Assembly (NCBI GenBank): GCA_964384035.1
Contig: CAYLIB010000004.1
Span: 5,340-69,339, forward strand
Length of the DNA: 64,000 nucleotides
Source: an uncultured Candidatus Saccharibacteria bacterium
GTDB taxonomy: Bacteria > Patescibacteriota > Doudnabacteria > UBA920
Reading direction: 5' to 3'
Made by a program: the position numbers and the translations under genes. The notes under the pieces are model-generated. The model did not search any database. It was given only the letters and a program-made list of their open reading frames with translations, and was not told the origin of the DNA. Positions 10,207 through 19,957 of this stretch are shown here, piece by piece (the stretch's first letter is position 1; each line of letters opens with the position of its first letter).

Positions 10207-10719
10207 ATGATACAGGAAAATTATATTAGAAAAGTGCAGACTTCTGTTACGGTGTTTTTGAAGCACGGAGATGAATATTTGTTTTTGCATAGACTTCCGA
10301 CTAAGAAAGTAGATGCGAATAAATTAAATGGTGTTGGTGGTAGAGTTGAGCATGGGGAAGACCATTTAACTGCGGCAGTTCGCGAAGTAGAGGAAGAAAC
10401 TGGATATAAAATAGCTCATGAAGATTTTGTCTTGAGGACAGTTTTTAGAATTCAAGAAGGGTATCCGGAAGACTGGATTGGGTGTTTTTTCGTTGCCGAA
10501 GTAGAGAGTAAGGAAATTCCAATTGGTCATGAAACACCAGACGGAAAATTAGTTTGGATTCATAAAGACAAGGTTCTGGATAGTGAGTACGATTTAGTAG
10601 ATGATTTAAATTATATTTGGAAAGATATTATCTCTACAGAAGATTTAATATTTTTTAACGCAATTGTTGGAGATGATGAAAAAATAAAAAACATTAATAT
10701 TAGTAGATTGAAAAAATGA
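10207..10719 (+). CDS. NUDIX hydrolase (MutT-like)
   Basis: Nudix box GGRVEHGEDHLTAAVREVEEETG. Confidence 0.92.
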   Translation: MIQENYIRKVQTSVTVFLKHGDEYLFLHRLPTKKVDANKLNGVGGRVEHGEDHLTAAVREVEEETGYKIAHEDFVLRTVFRIQEGYPEDWIGCFFVAEVESKEIPIGHETPDGKLVWIHKDKVLDSEYDLVDDLNYIWKDIISTEDLIFFNAIVGDDEKIKNINISRLKK

Positions 10720-10891
10720 TTATCTAGTAAAGAAGATCTTGTTTTTTGTTTTTAGTAAGGACAAATCAGATAATAGATTTGAGTTATACTTTTACTAAGT
10801 TGAAGTATCAATAAGATTGATTGCGAATTGGATAGTGCTAATTCATAGATAGTCTAAAAAAGAATTACTACATAAAAATAAAATAATAAAT

Positions 10892-12442
10892 ATGGCAGAT
10901 ATACCAATACCACAACCAAAAGAAGACCCAAAACTAGTTGAACAAGCTAGAGCGATGATGCAAGGTAGGTTTAAGGCGCTTATTGAACATAGTACAGATG
11001 TTATTGCGCTTTTTGGTGCAGACATGACCGTGCTCTACGATAGTCCTTCTATAGTTAAGGTTATGGGTTATACCCCAGAAGAACATGTTGGTCATAATGT
11101 TCTTGAGTTTTTGCATCCAGATGAACGAGAAGAAGCGGTTGGATTGCTAGGTTCCGTACTGGAAGAACCACTTAAGAGTATGGATTTTGAAATGCGCGTT
11201 AGGCATAAAGATGGGCATTTTGTTTGGCTCGAGGTGGTCGCAACAAATATGCTCGAGGTGCCGGAAGTAAAAGCGATAGTTATTAACTATCGTGATATTA
11301 CTGCAAGAAAAAAGATGGAAGAAGACTTGGCTGATAAGAGTAAGAGATTGCAGGAAGCAAACTTAGCGTTGGAAGAGTCGAGAGCGAGAACTCAAGCTAT
11401 TTTAGAAAGTATGGGTGAAGGTGTATTGGCTACAGATACCCAGAGTAATATTGTGTCTTGGAACAGGCAGATGGAGCAGATGTTTGGGTATACATCTGCT
11501 GAAGTTATAGGTAAAAAAGTAAGTGAAGTTTTAAAAATTCAAGACGCCCTAGGCAATGCCATACCAGAGGAAGAGAGAATGCTTAACAGAGCTTATTCGA
11601 CGAACAAAAAAGCAACAGGACAATATTTTTATATTCGTAAGGATGGTACGAGATTCCCTGCTGCAATAACAGCAACGCCGTTTTTGCTTGCAGATACTGT
11701 CTTGGGTGCAGTTAGTGTTATTAGAGATATAACTGAGCAGCTGGCAATTGATGCTGCTAAGAACGAATTTGTGACACTTATTTCTCATGAGTTAAGAACA
11801 CCATTAACAGTAGTAAGGTGGAACTCTCAGGAATTAATTAGAGAAAAAAACGTATATCAGTTATCCGACGGGGCTTTGAAATTGGTGAAATATGTTTTTC
11901 AGGCAGCAGTTACTATGAGTGAAATAGTTGAATCGGTGCTTACGGTATCTAAGTTGGATTTGAATAAGTTATATATTAATAATCAGCAGGTTAGTATATT
12001 TGATACCTTAAGTCATATTGTAGAAGAATTTTCACTTCAACTAGAAAATAAGAATATTTCTTTAAGTACAGACTTTCCTCCAGAGTCGGGATTTGTGAAA
12101 GTAGATGAAGTGTATTTAAAAATAATATTAAGGACTTTAATTTCTAATGCGACAAAGTATACACCGGAGAAGGGAGTGATTAAAGTTGGAATGAATAAAG
12201 ACGGTGATTATTTAAATTTATATGTGCAAGATTCTGGTTGTGGAATACCTGACGATGAAAAAGAAAGGATATTTACAAAGCTATATAGGGCAAGCAACGT
12301 AAAGTCGATTGAACCCAATGGTATGGGTCTGGGTTTGTTTATTTCTAGGGTGGTAGCGAGGATGATGGGAGGGGATTTATGGTTTGAGTCCGAGGTTGGT
12401 AAGGGCACAACGTTTCATTTAAAGTTATTAATTTATAAATAA
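10892..12442 (+). CDS. Cytoplasmic PAS-PAS sensor histidine kinase
   Basis: Two PAS domains ending in RDIT; H-box SHELRTPLT; SNATKYT, DSGCGI, GMGLGL. Confidence 0.95.
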   Translation: MADIPIPQPKEDPKLVEQARAMMQGRFKALIEHSTDVIALFGADMTVLYDSPSIVKVMGYTPEEHVGHNVLEFLHPDEREEAVGLLGSVLEEPLKSMDFEMRVRHKDGHFVWLEVVATNMLEVPEVKAIVINYRDITARKKMEEDLADKSKRLQEANLALEESRARTQAILESMGEGVLATDTQSNIVSWNRQMEQMFGYTSAEVIGKKVSEVLKIQDALGNAIPEEERMLNRAYSTNKKATGQYFYIRKDGTRFPAAITATPFLLADTVLGAVSVIRDITEQLAIDAAKNEFVTLISHELRTPLTVVRWNSQELIREKNVYQLSDGALKLVKYVFQAAVTMSEIVESVLTVSKLDLNKLYINNQQVSIFDTLSHIVEEFSLQLENKNISLSTDFPPESGFVKVDEVYLKIILRTLISNATKYTPEKGVIKVGMNKDGDYLNLYVQDSGCGIPDDEKERIFTKLYRASNVKSIEPNGMGLGLFISRVVARMMGGDLWFESEVGKGTTFHLKLLIYK

Positions 12443-12446
12443 ATAT

Positions 12447-12836
12447 ATGAGCGATACAGCAGATTCTAAAACAATATTGGTAGTGGAGGACGATGAGAGT
12501 ATTAGGGATTTTTTGGTGAATGTACTTACGCAGGCGGGTTTTAAGGTTGTCTCAGGTAAAGATGGGGAAGAGGGGTTGGCACAGGCTAAAGCGAGTAAGC
12601 CAGATTTTGTTTTATTAGATATTATGATGCCGAAGTTGGATGGTTTGGGAATGCTTAGACAGATGAGAAATGATCCTGCGTTATCACATACTCATGTAAC
12701 TATGCTTACTAATATTAGTGATCCCGATTCAATGGCCACTGCCTTAGAATTTGGAGTAAAAGATTATTTGGTTAAGTCTAATTTAGATACGCAGGCATTG
12801 ATCTCGGATATTAAATCGAAATTATTTGTAAAATAG
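12447..12836 (+). CDS. Single-domain response regulator
   Basis: ILVVEDD, LLDIMMPKLDG, DYLVK. Confidence 0.95.
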   Translation: MSDTADSKTILVVEDDESIRDFLVNVLTQAGFKVVSGKDGEEGLAQAKASKPDFVLLDIMMPKLDGLGMLRQMRNDPALSHTHVTMLTNISDPDSMATALEFGVKDYLVKSNLDTQALISDIKSKLFVK

Positions 12837-12843
12837 TTTATTT

Positions 12844-13980
12844 ATGAAAGCTCTTGTATTTAACAAAAAAAAAGCTGAGTGGGAGAATTCTAAAGGTTTT
12901 GATTTGGCAGAAGTACCTAATCCTGAGTTGGGCGAAGGAGATGAGAAAAAGGTTATAGTGAAAGTTCATTTTGCAGGAGTATGTGGAAGTGATAGGGGTA
13001 TTTGGTATAGGCAGGCATTTCGTGATCAGATTCTTTCCAGTTTAGAGAGTGAGAGTGTAGATGTGAGGGTTATTGGGCATGAGCACTTTGGTGAAATTGT
13101 AGAAGTGGGATCTAAGGTAACTAATTTTAAAGTAGGAGATTTCGTCTCCGCTGAGTCACACGTTATTTGTCAGGAGTGTTTTCAGTGCAAGAATGGTCAG
13201 AGTAACGTTTGTACTAATGAGAAAATTTTAGGAATTAGCCACCCTGGTATATTTGCCGAGTTTGTTAAATTGCCTGAGCATATAGTTTGGCATACAGATA
13301 CTTCTAAAATTCGTCCGGAAGTAGCTGCTGTCCAGGAACCTTTTGGAAATGCAGTGCATGCGGCTAGTAAGGTGGATTTAAAAGGTAAGAGTGTGGCTAT
13401 TTTTGGGTTGGGTCCTATAGGGCTATTTTTGGTATTGGTAGCTAGAGGGATGGGTGCCAAAATAATTATTGGTGTAGATCCAAATCCGGTAGCAGCTGAA
13501 ATGGCTAAGAAGTTGGGTATAGATTTTACAATTACTCTTAATGCAGAAAAAAAAGAAAAAACCTATTCTCATGATTTGGGTGTTACTGATGAGATCATGA
13601 AAATAACGAATGGGCTGGGGGTGGATGTTAGTTTTGAAATGGCTGGGTTTAATTCTTCGGTAAATAATTGTTTGTATGCCACTCGCAGAGGTGGGGACGT
13701 GGTTTTGTTTGGAATTAAAACTGGAGATTTTGTTTTTGAAGATTTTAATAGAATGGTCGTGAGAGGTTTTACGATTCATTGTGTAATTGGAAGAGAGGTT
13801 TTTAAGACATGGGAAATTACTAAAAGATTATTAGAAGATTCTAGTAATCAGATACAAGAAAAAATTTGGAATGTAATTTTAAACCAAGGCAAAGGGACTG
13901 TTCTAGATATAACTGATTATACAAAGGAAAAATTTGAGGAACTTATGTTAGAGCATCCAAAAATATTAGTTAAATTTTAG
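12844..13980 (+). CDS. tdh: L-threonine 3-dehydrogenase-like Zn-dependent dehydrogenase
   Basis: GVCGSD, GHE, ESHVICQECFQCKNGQSNVC, EPFGNAVH; kbl nearby. Confidence 0.8.
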   Translation: MKALVFNKKKAEWENSKGFDLAEVPNPELGEGDEKKVIVKVHFAGVCGSDRGIWYRQAFRDQILSSLESESVDVRVIGHEHFGEIVEVGSKVTNFKVGDFVSAESHVICQECFQCKNGQSNVCTNEKILGISHPGIFAEFVKLPEHIVWHTDTSKIRPEVAAVQEPFGNAVHAASKVDLKGKSVAIFGLGPIGLFLVLVARGMGAKIIIGVDPNPVAAEMAKKLGIDFTITLNAEKKEKTYSHDLGVTDEIMKITNGLGVDVSFEMAGFNSSVNNCLYATRRGGDVVLFGIKTGDFVFEDFNRMVVRGFTIHCVIGREVFKTWEITKRLLEDSSNQIQEKIWNVILNQGKGTVLDITDYTKEKFEELMLEHPKILVKF

Positions 13981-13981
13981 A

Positions 13982-14854
13982 ATGACTGAGATTAGAAAAG
14001 GCGAGTTATTAATATTGGGTTCGGCAATTACTTGGGGATTTTTTCCTGTTTTTGCTGTTCTATCTTACAGAACTTTACCGCCACTATTTTCCTTGGTTTG
14101 TAGTCTTTTTGTGGCTGCTATTATTTTTGCGATTTCGGTTACCGTAAGAAAAGAATGGGGAGAATTGAAAAATAAAGAGGCATGGAAGCATTTATTTTGG
14201 GTTTTAGTGTGTAATTCTGTTGGTTATCATGCCCTCTATTATATTGCCTTAAAATTTACGACTCCGGGGAATGCATCGCTTGTCGCTCTTACCGAGGTGC
14301 TTATGGCTTTTTTGTTATTTCATGTTTGGCATAAAGAAGAAATAACAAAAATACACGTGCTAGGGGTACTTTTAATGTTATCTGGTGCAGTGACTATTTT
14401 GTCACAAAATTTTCATGGATTCGTTTGGGGTGACTGGTTGATAGTTTTAGCGGCTACCCTCTCTCCTTACGGGAATAGACACCAGCAAAAAGTGAGAAAA
14501 TTAATTAGCTCTCATACTTTGTTGTTTGTTAGGAGTGCGTTTAGTATTCCGTTTATAGTATTGATAGCACTTTTATTAGGGGAGAGTCTTCAAAGAACAG
14601 ATTTGTTCAATTCATTATGGTCTATTGTTTTTGTGGGAGTTGTTAGTATGGTAATATCGAAAATTCTTTGGATAGAGGGAATACATAGAATACCCGTAAC
14701 TAAATCTAATACTATTGCTTCGCTAGGAGCTGGGTTCACCATTCTTTTTGCTTGGTTATTTTTAAGCCAAGTACCTACAGCTAGGCAATTAGTCGCATTG
14801 CCATTGTTAGTTGTTGGTTTATTTTTTATTACAAAGAATAAAATTGGTGAATAA
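13982..14854 (+). CDS. DMT/EamA-family transporter
   Basis: ~10 TM in two repeats; WG motif; YYIALKFTTPGNAS. Confidence 0.88.
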   Translation: MTEIRKGELLILGSAITWGFFPVFAVLSYRTLPPLFSLVCSLFVAAIIFAISVTVRKEWGELKNKEAWKHLFWVLVCNSVGYHALYYIALKFTTPGNASLVALTEVLMAFLLFHVWHKEEITKIHVLGVLLMLSGAVTILSQNFHGFVWGDWLIVLAATLSPYGNRHQQKVRKLISSHTLLFVRSAFSIPFIVLIALLLGESLQRTDLFNSLWSIVFVGVVSMVISKILWIEGIHRIPVTKSNTIASLGAGFTILFAWLFLSQVPTARQLVALPLLVVGLFFITKNKIGE

Positions 14855-14898
14855 AAAATAACCACCATAGAAGATGATGGTTATTAATATTAACTAAT

Positions 14899-15450
14899 TT
14901 AAAAAGTAATTGGAATAGAAATTGAGTCGGCATTTTGAGGTTCGCCGGATGGATTATCTTTTTCTAAGATTAATGTACCGGTTGTAGTAGATGGAGTTGG
15001 GAAAGTTAATGTTGCTGTGAAAGGCACGAAGCTTGTTGTCATCCAATTCCCTTGTGCCTGGCCGGTGGTTTGTGTCAGCAAAGTATTGTTCGCATCGTAG
15101 AGTTTAATAGGAAAACTGGCTTCAAAGTACCAAGACCCCTTGGCTTGACCGGAAATTGTAAGCGGACTTGAAACTTGTGTGTTTGGTTGAGGAAATGTAA
15201 CAGTGATATTTGTGTTCAGTGGTTTTGGGTCTGGTACTGGTTGTGGTTTGGCAGATATGCTTTGTGTATAGCTTTTTTTGCCTACTACACAATTTGCTGG
15301 ATAACTTTCTTGTACGGGGTAACCCGCGGCAACGCAACTGTCGAAATCCACAATATTTGTTTTTATATGCCATTCGCGTAGATAAGAGACTCCAAAGGCG
15401 ATACCAATACCAAAGATAATTAATAGTACTGGTTTAAGATATTTTTTCAT
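14899..15450 (-). CDS. Gmad2-type Ig-like domain membrane-anchored protein
   Basis: FDSCVAAGYPVQESYPANC; GSWYFEASFPI; LEKDNPSG. Confidence 0.8.
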   Translation of the reverse strand: MKKYLKPVLLIIFGIGIAFGVSYLREWHIKTNIVDFDSCVAAGYPVQESYPANCVVGKKSYTQSISAKPQPVPDPKPLNTNITVTFPQPNTQVSSPLTISGQAKGSWYFEASFPIKLYDANNTLLTQTTGQAQGNWMTTSFVPFTATLTFPTPSTTTGTLILEKDNPSGEPQNADSISIPITF

Positions 15451-15493
15451 AAAAGAAGTTTAATATTCGATATTAATATAGACTAAGAATGAT

Positions 15494-16660
15494 ATGTATA
15501 CAATAAAAGAACAAATTCAAGAAGAAATTAGTGCTATTAGGGATTCTGGAAGTTATAAAAAAGAGTTACCAATATCTGGATGGCAAGGGGTGGAGATAGA
15601 AGTTGAGGGCAAGAAATTGCTTAATTTCTGCGCAAATAATTATCTAGGTTTGGCCGGGAGTCAAATGTTAGTCGATATAGCTAAAGAAGGCTTGGATAAG
15701 TACGGCTTTGGCATGGCTAGTGTTAGGTTTATTTGTGGTACCTCCACTGTTCACAAAGAGCTTGAAGCAGAAGTCTCAAAGTTTTTTAATACCGAAGATA
15801 CAATTTTGTACGGGTCGTGTTTTGACGCAAACACTGGGTTATTCGAGATAATTTTAACAGCGGAAGATGCAATTATTTCAGATGAACTCAATCATGCTTC
15901 TATTATAGACGGTGTGAGATTATGTAAAGCCGAAAGGTATAGATATCTTCACTCTGATATGAGTGATTTGGAGGTGAAATTAAAAGAGGCAGAGGGGAAG
16001 AGAAGAAAATTGATAGTTACAGATGGTGTGTTTTCTATGGATGGTGAAACTGCAAAGCTCAAGGAAATTTGTGACTTGGCTGATAAGTATGGAGCGCTTG
16101 TAGTAGTTGATGAATCACACGACGCAGGAGTCTCGGGGGAGACAGGTAGAGGTGCGGTAGAAGTGTGTGGAGTGATCGATAGGGTAGATTTAATTACAGG
16201 AACTTTTGGAAAAGCTTTTGGCGGAGCGAGTGGTGGGTTTACAACCGGCAAAAAAGAAATAGTGGAACTTTTGCGTCAGAGAAGTAGAACAACTTTGTTT
16301 TCTAATTCATTAGCACCGAGCATAGCATATGCGGCGCTATATGTGTTTAAGAATTTCGAGGAAAAAATATTACCACTCAGAGGACAGTTAAAAGAGAATA
16401 CAGAGTATTTTAGAAATAAAATGAAGGAAGCTGGATTTGATCTTGGAGGAGATGGTACGCACCCAATTACTCCGGTTATGTTGTATGATGAAAAAAAAGC
16501 TAGTGAGATGGCGGATAAGTTATTCGAAAAAGGAATATATGTTCGAGGATTTACTTATCCTGTAGTCCCTAAAGGTAAGGCAAGAATCAGGGTACAGATT
16601 TCAGCTTCTCATAATAGGGATCAATTAGATAAAGCAGTAGTAGCTTTTTCTGCTGTTTAG
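15494..16660 (+). CDS. kbl: Glycine C-acetyltransferase (2-amino-3-ketobutyrate CoA ligase)
   Basis: NFCANNYLGL, ASVRFICGT, LNHASIIDGVRLCKA, GTFGKAFGGASGG, ARIRVQISA. Confidence 0.95.
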   Translation: MYTIKEQIQEEISAIRDSGSYKKELPISGWQGVEIEVEGKKLLNFCANNYLGLAGSQMLVDIAKEGLDKYGFGMASVRFICGTSTVHKELEAEVSKFFNTEDTILYGSCFDANTGLFEIILTAEDAIISDELNHASIIDGVRLCKAERYRYLHSDMSDLEVKLKEAEGKRRKLIVTDGVFSMDGETAKLKEICDLADKYGALVVVDESHDAGVSGETGRGAVEVCGVIDRVDLITGTFGKAFGGASGGFTTGKKEIVELLRQRSRTTLFSNSLAPSIAYAALYVFKNFEEKILPLRGQLKENTEYFRNKMKEAGFDLGGDGTHPITPVMLYDEKKASEMADKLFEKGIYVRGFTYPVVPKGKARIRVQISASHNRDQLDKAVVAFSAV

Positions 16661-16679
16661 TTTTTAATAGTTATTTTTT

Positions 16680-17429
16680 ATGTCTGAGAATCGTGTTGAA
16701 TATCCGTTTATTTCGGAACCAGTTGAACATTCAGGGATCACAGGTAAAATTTGGCAATTATCTGATAATCCTGAGGTGCTTTTACGAAAGACAATAATAG
16801 ATGATCTAGATAACTTTGATTTTATCACCGATAGATTTCGTAGAGGCGCAGATATTTTTAAATCTTTGAATGAGAAATATGGTATAAAAATCCCTAGTAA
16901 TGAGATGGTAATTAGTAACGATGAGAAAGGTATTCCTTGTGTATTTCAAAGAGTGGAGAAAATTCATGGAAATAGTTTAGATAGTCTAGATCTGAGTTCA
17001 GAAACCGATTTGGAACAAGTGAAGAGTAAGTTTTTGATTTTGTGTAATGGGCTCTTGTCGTATATTAAGGAAACGTATGAGCAAGGGGGTGATTTATTGT
17101 GGGATATTAAGGATGAGCAGATTATGTATGGTAAAAGAAGTGGTGATAAGAATAACGAATTTTGGTTTGTAGATGTAGATCCGTATTTTAAAGTACAGCA
17201 AAGTAAATTTCCTAATATATACTTTCTTATGACCTTGAAAAAATTAAGAGATCTGATTAATGATTTCAAAAACAAATATCTTCAATTAGGCCATTCGGAT
17301 CAGCTCGATGATTTTAATAAATTGGATAAGTCAATTTTGGGATTTGTGAATGATATAGAAATAGATCCAAGAAAATACCCAGATGGTCAATATATGTTGG
17401 ATTATAAAGCTGGAAATTTTAGTTTGTAG
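16680..17429 (+). CDS. Hypothetical protein, possible kinase-like fold
   Basis: EKIHG...LLWDIKDEQIMYG...WFVDVDP resembles catalytic-loop and DFG regions. Confidence 0.5.
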   Translation: MSENRVEYPFISEPVEHSGITGKIWQLSDNPEVLLRKTIIDDLDNFDFITDRFRRGADIFKSLNEKYGIKIPSNEMVISNDEKGIPCVFQRVEKIHGNSLDSLDLSSETDLEQVKSKFLILCNGLLSYIKETYEQGGDLLWDIKDEQIMYGKRSGDKNNEFWFVDVDPYFKVQQSKFPNIYFLMTLKKLRDLINDFKNKYLQLGHSDQLDDFNKLDKSILGFVNDIEIDPRKYPDGQYMLDYKAGNFSL

Positions 17430-17451
17430 ATTTTAAATTAAAATAATTTTT

Positions 17452-18426
17452 ATGAAAAAAATTGTAATTATTGGAGGCGGTACTGGAACTTATACTTTAC
17501 TTTCCGGTCTCCGGCAGTTTCCTTCGGAGAATAGTGTAATTGTGTCTACTGCGGACGATGGTGGGAGCGGTGGAAAACTCCGAAATGAACTTGGGGTTTT
17601 GCCTCCAGGAGATTTTAGACAGTGCTTACTAGGACTTTCATATACAGATGAAAGCTTGAAGGAAGTATTTGGGTATAGGTTTTCTAAAGGTAGTTTAGCT
17701 GGTCATACGGTTGGTAATATTCTATTGGCTGCTTCAGAACTGGTAACAAAAAATGCTGAGAGTGGGATAGAGTTGATTGGACGAATCTTAAATACTCGGG
17801 GTTCGGTTGTGCCTGTTTCTTTAAAACAAACTGTTCTTTCAGCCAAATTGGATAATGGGAAGACGATTAAGGGAGAGCATAATATAGATGAACCAGAATC
17901 TAAAAAGCCATACTTAATAAAAGATTTAAGTTTGATGCCTAAGGTTTCTGCTAACCCTAAGGCATTAAATTTAATAAAAGAGGCTGATGTTGTAGTTTTT
18001 GGACCTGGTGATTTGTATACAAGTACAATTCCTAATTTATTGGTTTCCGGAATTCGTGATGCCTTAAAGAAAAGTAAGGCGAAAAAAGTTTTGGTGGTTA
18101 ATTTAATGACAAAATTTGGCCAAACTCAAGGTTTCAGTTCTACGGATTTTGTAAAAGAATTTATTAAGTATGCTGGTGAAAAAATACTCGATTATGTAAT
18201 AGTAAATACCAAAAAACCAGACAGTTCGACTTTAAAACTTTATAGTAAAGAAAAGGCGGGATTCATGGATGCCAAAATAAATGAATTGGAATCTTTGGGT
18301 GTTAGAGTATTGTCAGCGGATTTGGTATCTAGGGTTAAGTATAAAAAAGTGGCGGGGGACACTCTTAATAGAAGTCATCTTAGGCATGATTCTAATAAAC
18401 TTGCTCAAATATTATGGGAGTTATAA
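17452..18426 (+). CDS. yvcK: YvcK/CofD-related UDP-GlcNAc-binding gluconeogenesis factor
   Basis: IGGGTG, ADDGGSGGKLR, PPGDFRQC, GPGDLYTS, RHD. Confidence 0.92.
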   Translation: MKKIVIIGGGTGTYTLLSGLRQFPSENSVIVSTADDGGSGGKLRNELGVLPPGDFRQCLLGLSYTDESLKEVFGYRFSKGSLAGHTVGNILLAASELVTKNAESGIELIGRILNTRGSVVPVSLKQTVLSAKLDNGKTIKGEHNIDEPESKKPYLIKDLSLMPKVSANPKALNLIKEADVVVFGPGDLYTSTIPNLLVSGIRDALKKSKAKKVLVVNLMTKFGQTQGFSSTDFVKEFIKYAGEKILDYVIVNTKKPDSSTLKLYSKEKAGFMDAKINELESLGVRVLSADLVSRVKYKKVAGDTLNRSHLRHDSNKLAQILWEL

Positions 18427-18431
18427 ATAAA

Positions 18432-18794
18432 ATGGAAATATCTAAAGAAGAAATCAGAGAGAATATTTATGCCGTTAAATTAAATGTGCATGAACAAGGG
18501 ACTATAATTGGCTGGGCACTTATTTATGTAATTGCGAATGAAAGACATGATGAACCTTATGCATTTTTAGAGAATGTGTACATAGAACAGGAATATAGAA
18601 AAAAAGGATTGGGGACAGACCTTTTAAATGAAGTAATAGAAGAAGCAAAAAGAAGGAATTGTTATAAAATAATAGGTACTAGCAGATTTCCAAAAGAGTA
18701 CGTGCACGACTTCTATCTGAAACATGGCTTTACTAAATGGGGATATGAGTTTAGGATGGATTTAAAAGACTCCGAAATAAAACAACGCGATTAA
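18432..18794 (+). CDS. GNAT acetyltransferase, GNA1-like
   Basis: LENVYIEQEYRKKGLG...AKRRNCYKII...FYLKHGF; start taken at second Met after yvcK stop. Confidence 0.8.
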   Translation: MEISKEEIRENIYAVKLNVHEQGTIIGWALIYVIANERHDEPYAFLENVYIEQEYRKKGLGTDLLNEVIEEAKRRNCYKIIGTSRFPKEYVHDFYLKHGFTKWGYEFRMDLKDSEIKQRD

Positions 18795-18932
18795 TTTATT
18801 TTATTTAATGTCAAATAAGAAAGTAGCTAGTAAAAAGAGTTTGTTAAGTAGGGCTGGTAAGTTTGTGGGTTCCTGGATTATTCGAATTATTGGAATGATC
18901 TTAATAGGTGGTAAATAGTAAATTATAAGACA

Positions 18933-19688
18933 ATGGGTTTAACAGATCATGATAGTTTACAAGTTATAGTATTGGCAGGCGGTAAAGGGAAGCGTATGCA
19001 GAATGAGGATACTCCAAAAGTTCTAATTCCCTTTAAAGGGAGACCGCTGTTGTCGTATGCGTTAAATGCCGTACTTGGTTTAAATTTAGATGTTAAGCCA
19101 ATAGCTGTGGTGGGATACTTAAGAGAGCAAATAATAGAAGTATTTGCGAATAGATTTCAGTATGCGGTGCAGGAGCAGCAGTTAGGGACAGCACATGCTG
19201 TTTTAACAGCAAAGGGTTTAGTGTCAGCAGATAAAGTTTTGGTAATGTATGGTGACATGCCTTTTATTACAACTGAGAGTTTGAAAAAACTTATAATTTC
19301 GCATGCTCTTTCTGGGAGTGGAATTTCTATGCTAACTGCTGTGGTTGATAATTTTGAGGGAAGGTACATTAGCCTTTATCATTATGGTCGTATTATAAGA
19401 GCGAGTTATGAAGAGGTTTCAGAAATAAAAGAATTTAGAGATTGTAGTGATGCCGAAAGACAGATAAAGGAGGTAAATCCTGGTATTTATTTGGTTGAGA
19501 CAGAGCTTCTTTGGAAGTATTTGGAAAAAGTGGATAAGAATAATGACCAGAATGAGTATTATTTAACAGATATTGTGAAAATTGCGATTGAAGATGGTCA
19601 AGAAGTTAATACAGTATTATTCCCTCCCGAAGAAGCCGTGGGGATAAACAGTATGGAAGACTTAAAGGAAGCTGAAAAAATTGTCTGA
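18933..19688 (+). CDS. glmU: GlmU-like uridyltransferase, N-terminal domain only
   Basis: LAGGKGKRM, PKVL, QLGTAHAV, GDMP, YGRI, EVNPGIY, QNEYYLTDIV; ends at 251 aa with no hexapeptide acetyltransferase domain. Confidence 0.85.
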   Translation: MGLTDHDSLQVIVLAGGKGKRMQNEDTPKVLIPFKGRPLLSYALNAVLGLNLDVKPIAVVGYLREQIIEVFANRFQYAVQEQQLGTAHAVLTAKGLVSADKVLVMYGDMPFITTESLKKLIISHALSGSGISMLTAVVDNFEGRYISLYHYGRIIRASYEEVSEIKEFRDCSDAERQIKEVNPGIYLVETELLWKYLEKVDKNNDQNEYYLTDIVKIAIEDGQEVNTVLFPPEEAVGINSMEDLKEAEKIV

Positions 19689-19700
19689 ACCTGACTATTG

Positions 19701-19728
19701 TTGACAACGAAAGATGATGGTGTATGAT
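19701..19728 (+). promoter_or_regulatory. Sigma70-type promoter ahead of a structured leader
   Basis: TTGACA-16-TATGAT. Confidence 0.6.
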
Positions 19729-19957
19729 AAAGTATGAAAAGGGAAATTTAGTTTTTCGACTTGAGCTTTAGTATGGGCAAAGCCCGAAGCTAATCAAGAG
19801 CTCTCTTCTTGGTTTCTTCTCTTCGATGGTTATTATCTGACTCCGGAGAAACTAGGGAGCGCCTTAGGTTTATGGAGCGAACTGGGTCCGTCCCAGAACA
19901 GGAGGTTCGCTTCATGGATCGGGGAAAACCTATTTATTGGAAATCATACAATCATAG

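Noticed and set aside
19770-19790. c-di-GMP-I riboswitch (GCAAA motif)
   Set aside because: The second stem and tetraloop/receptor layout is absent; the motif matches the local repeat family.
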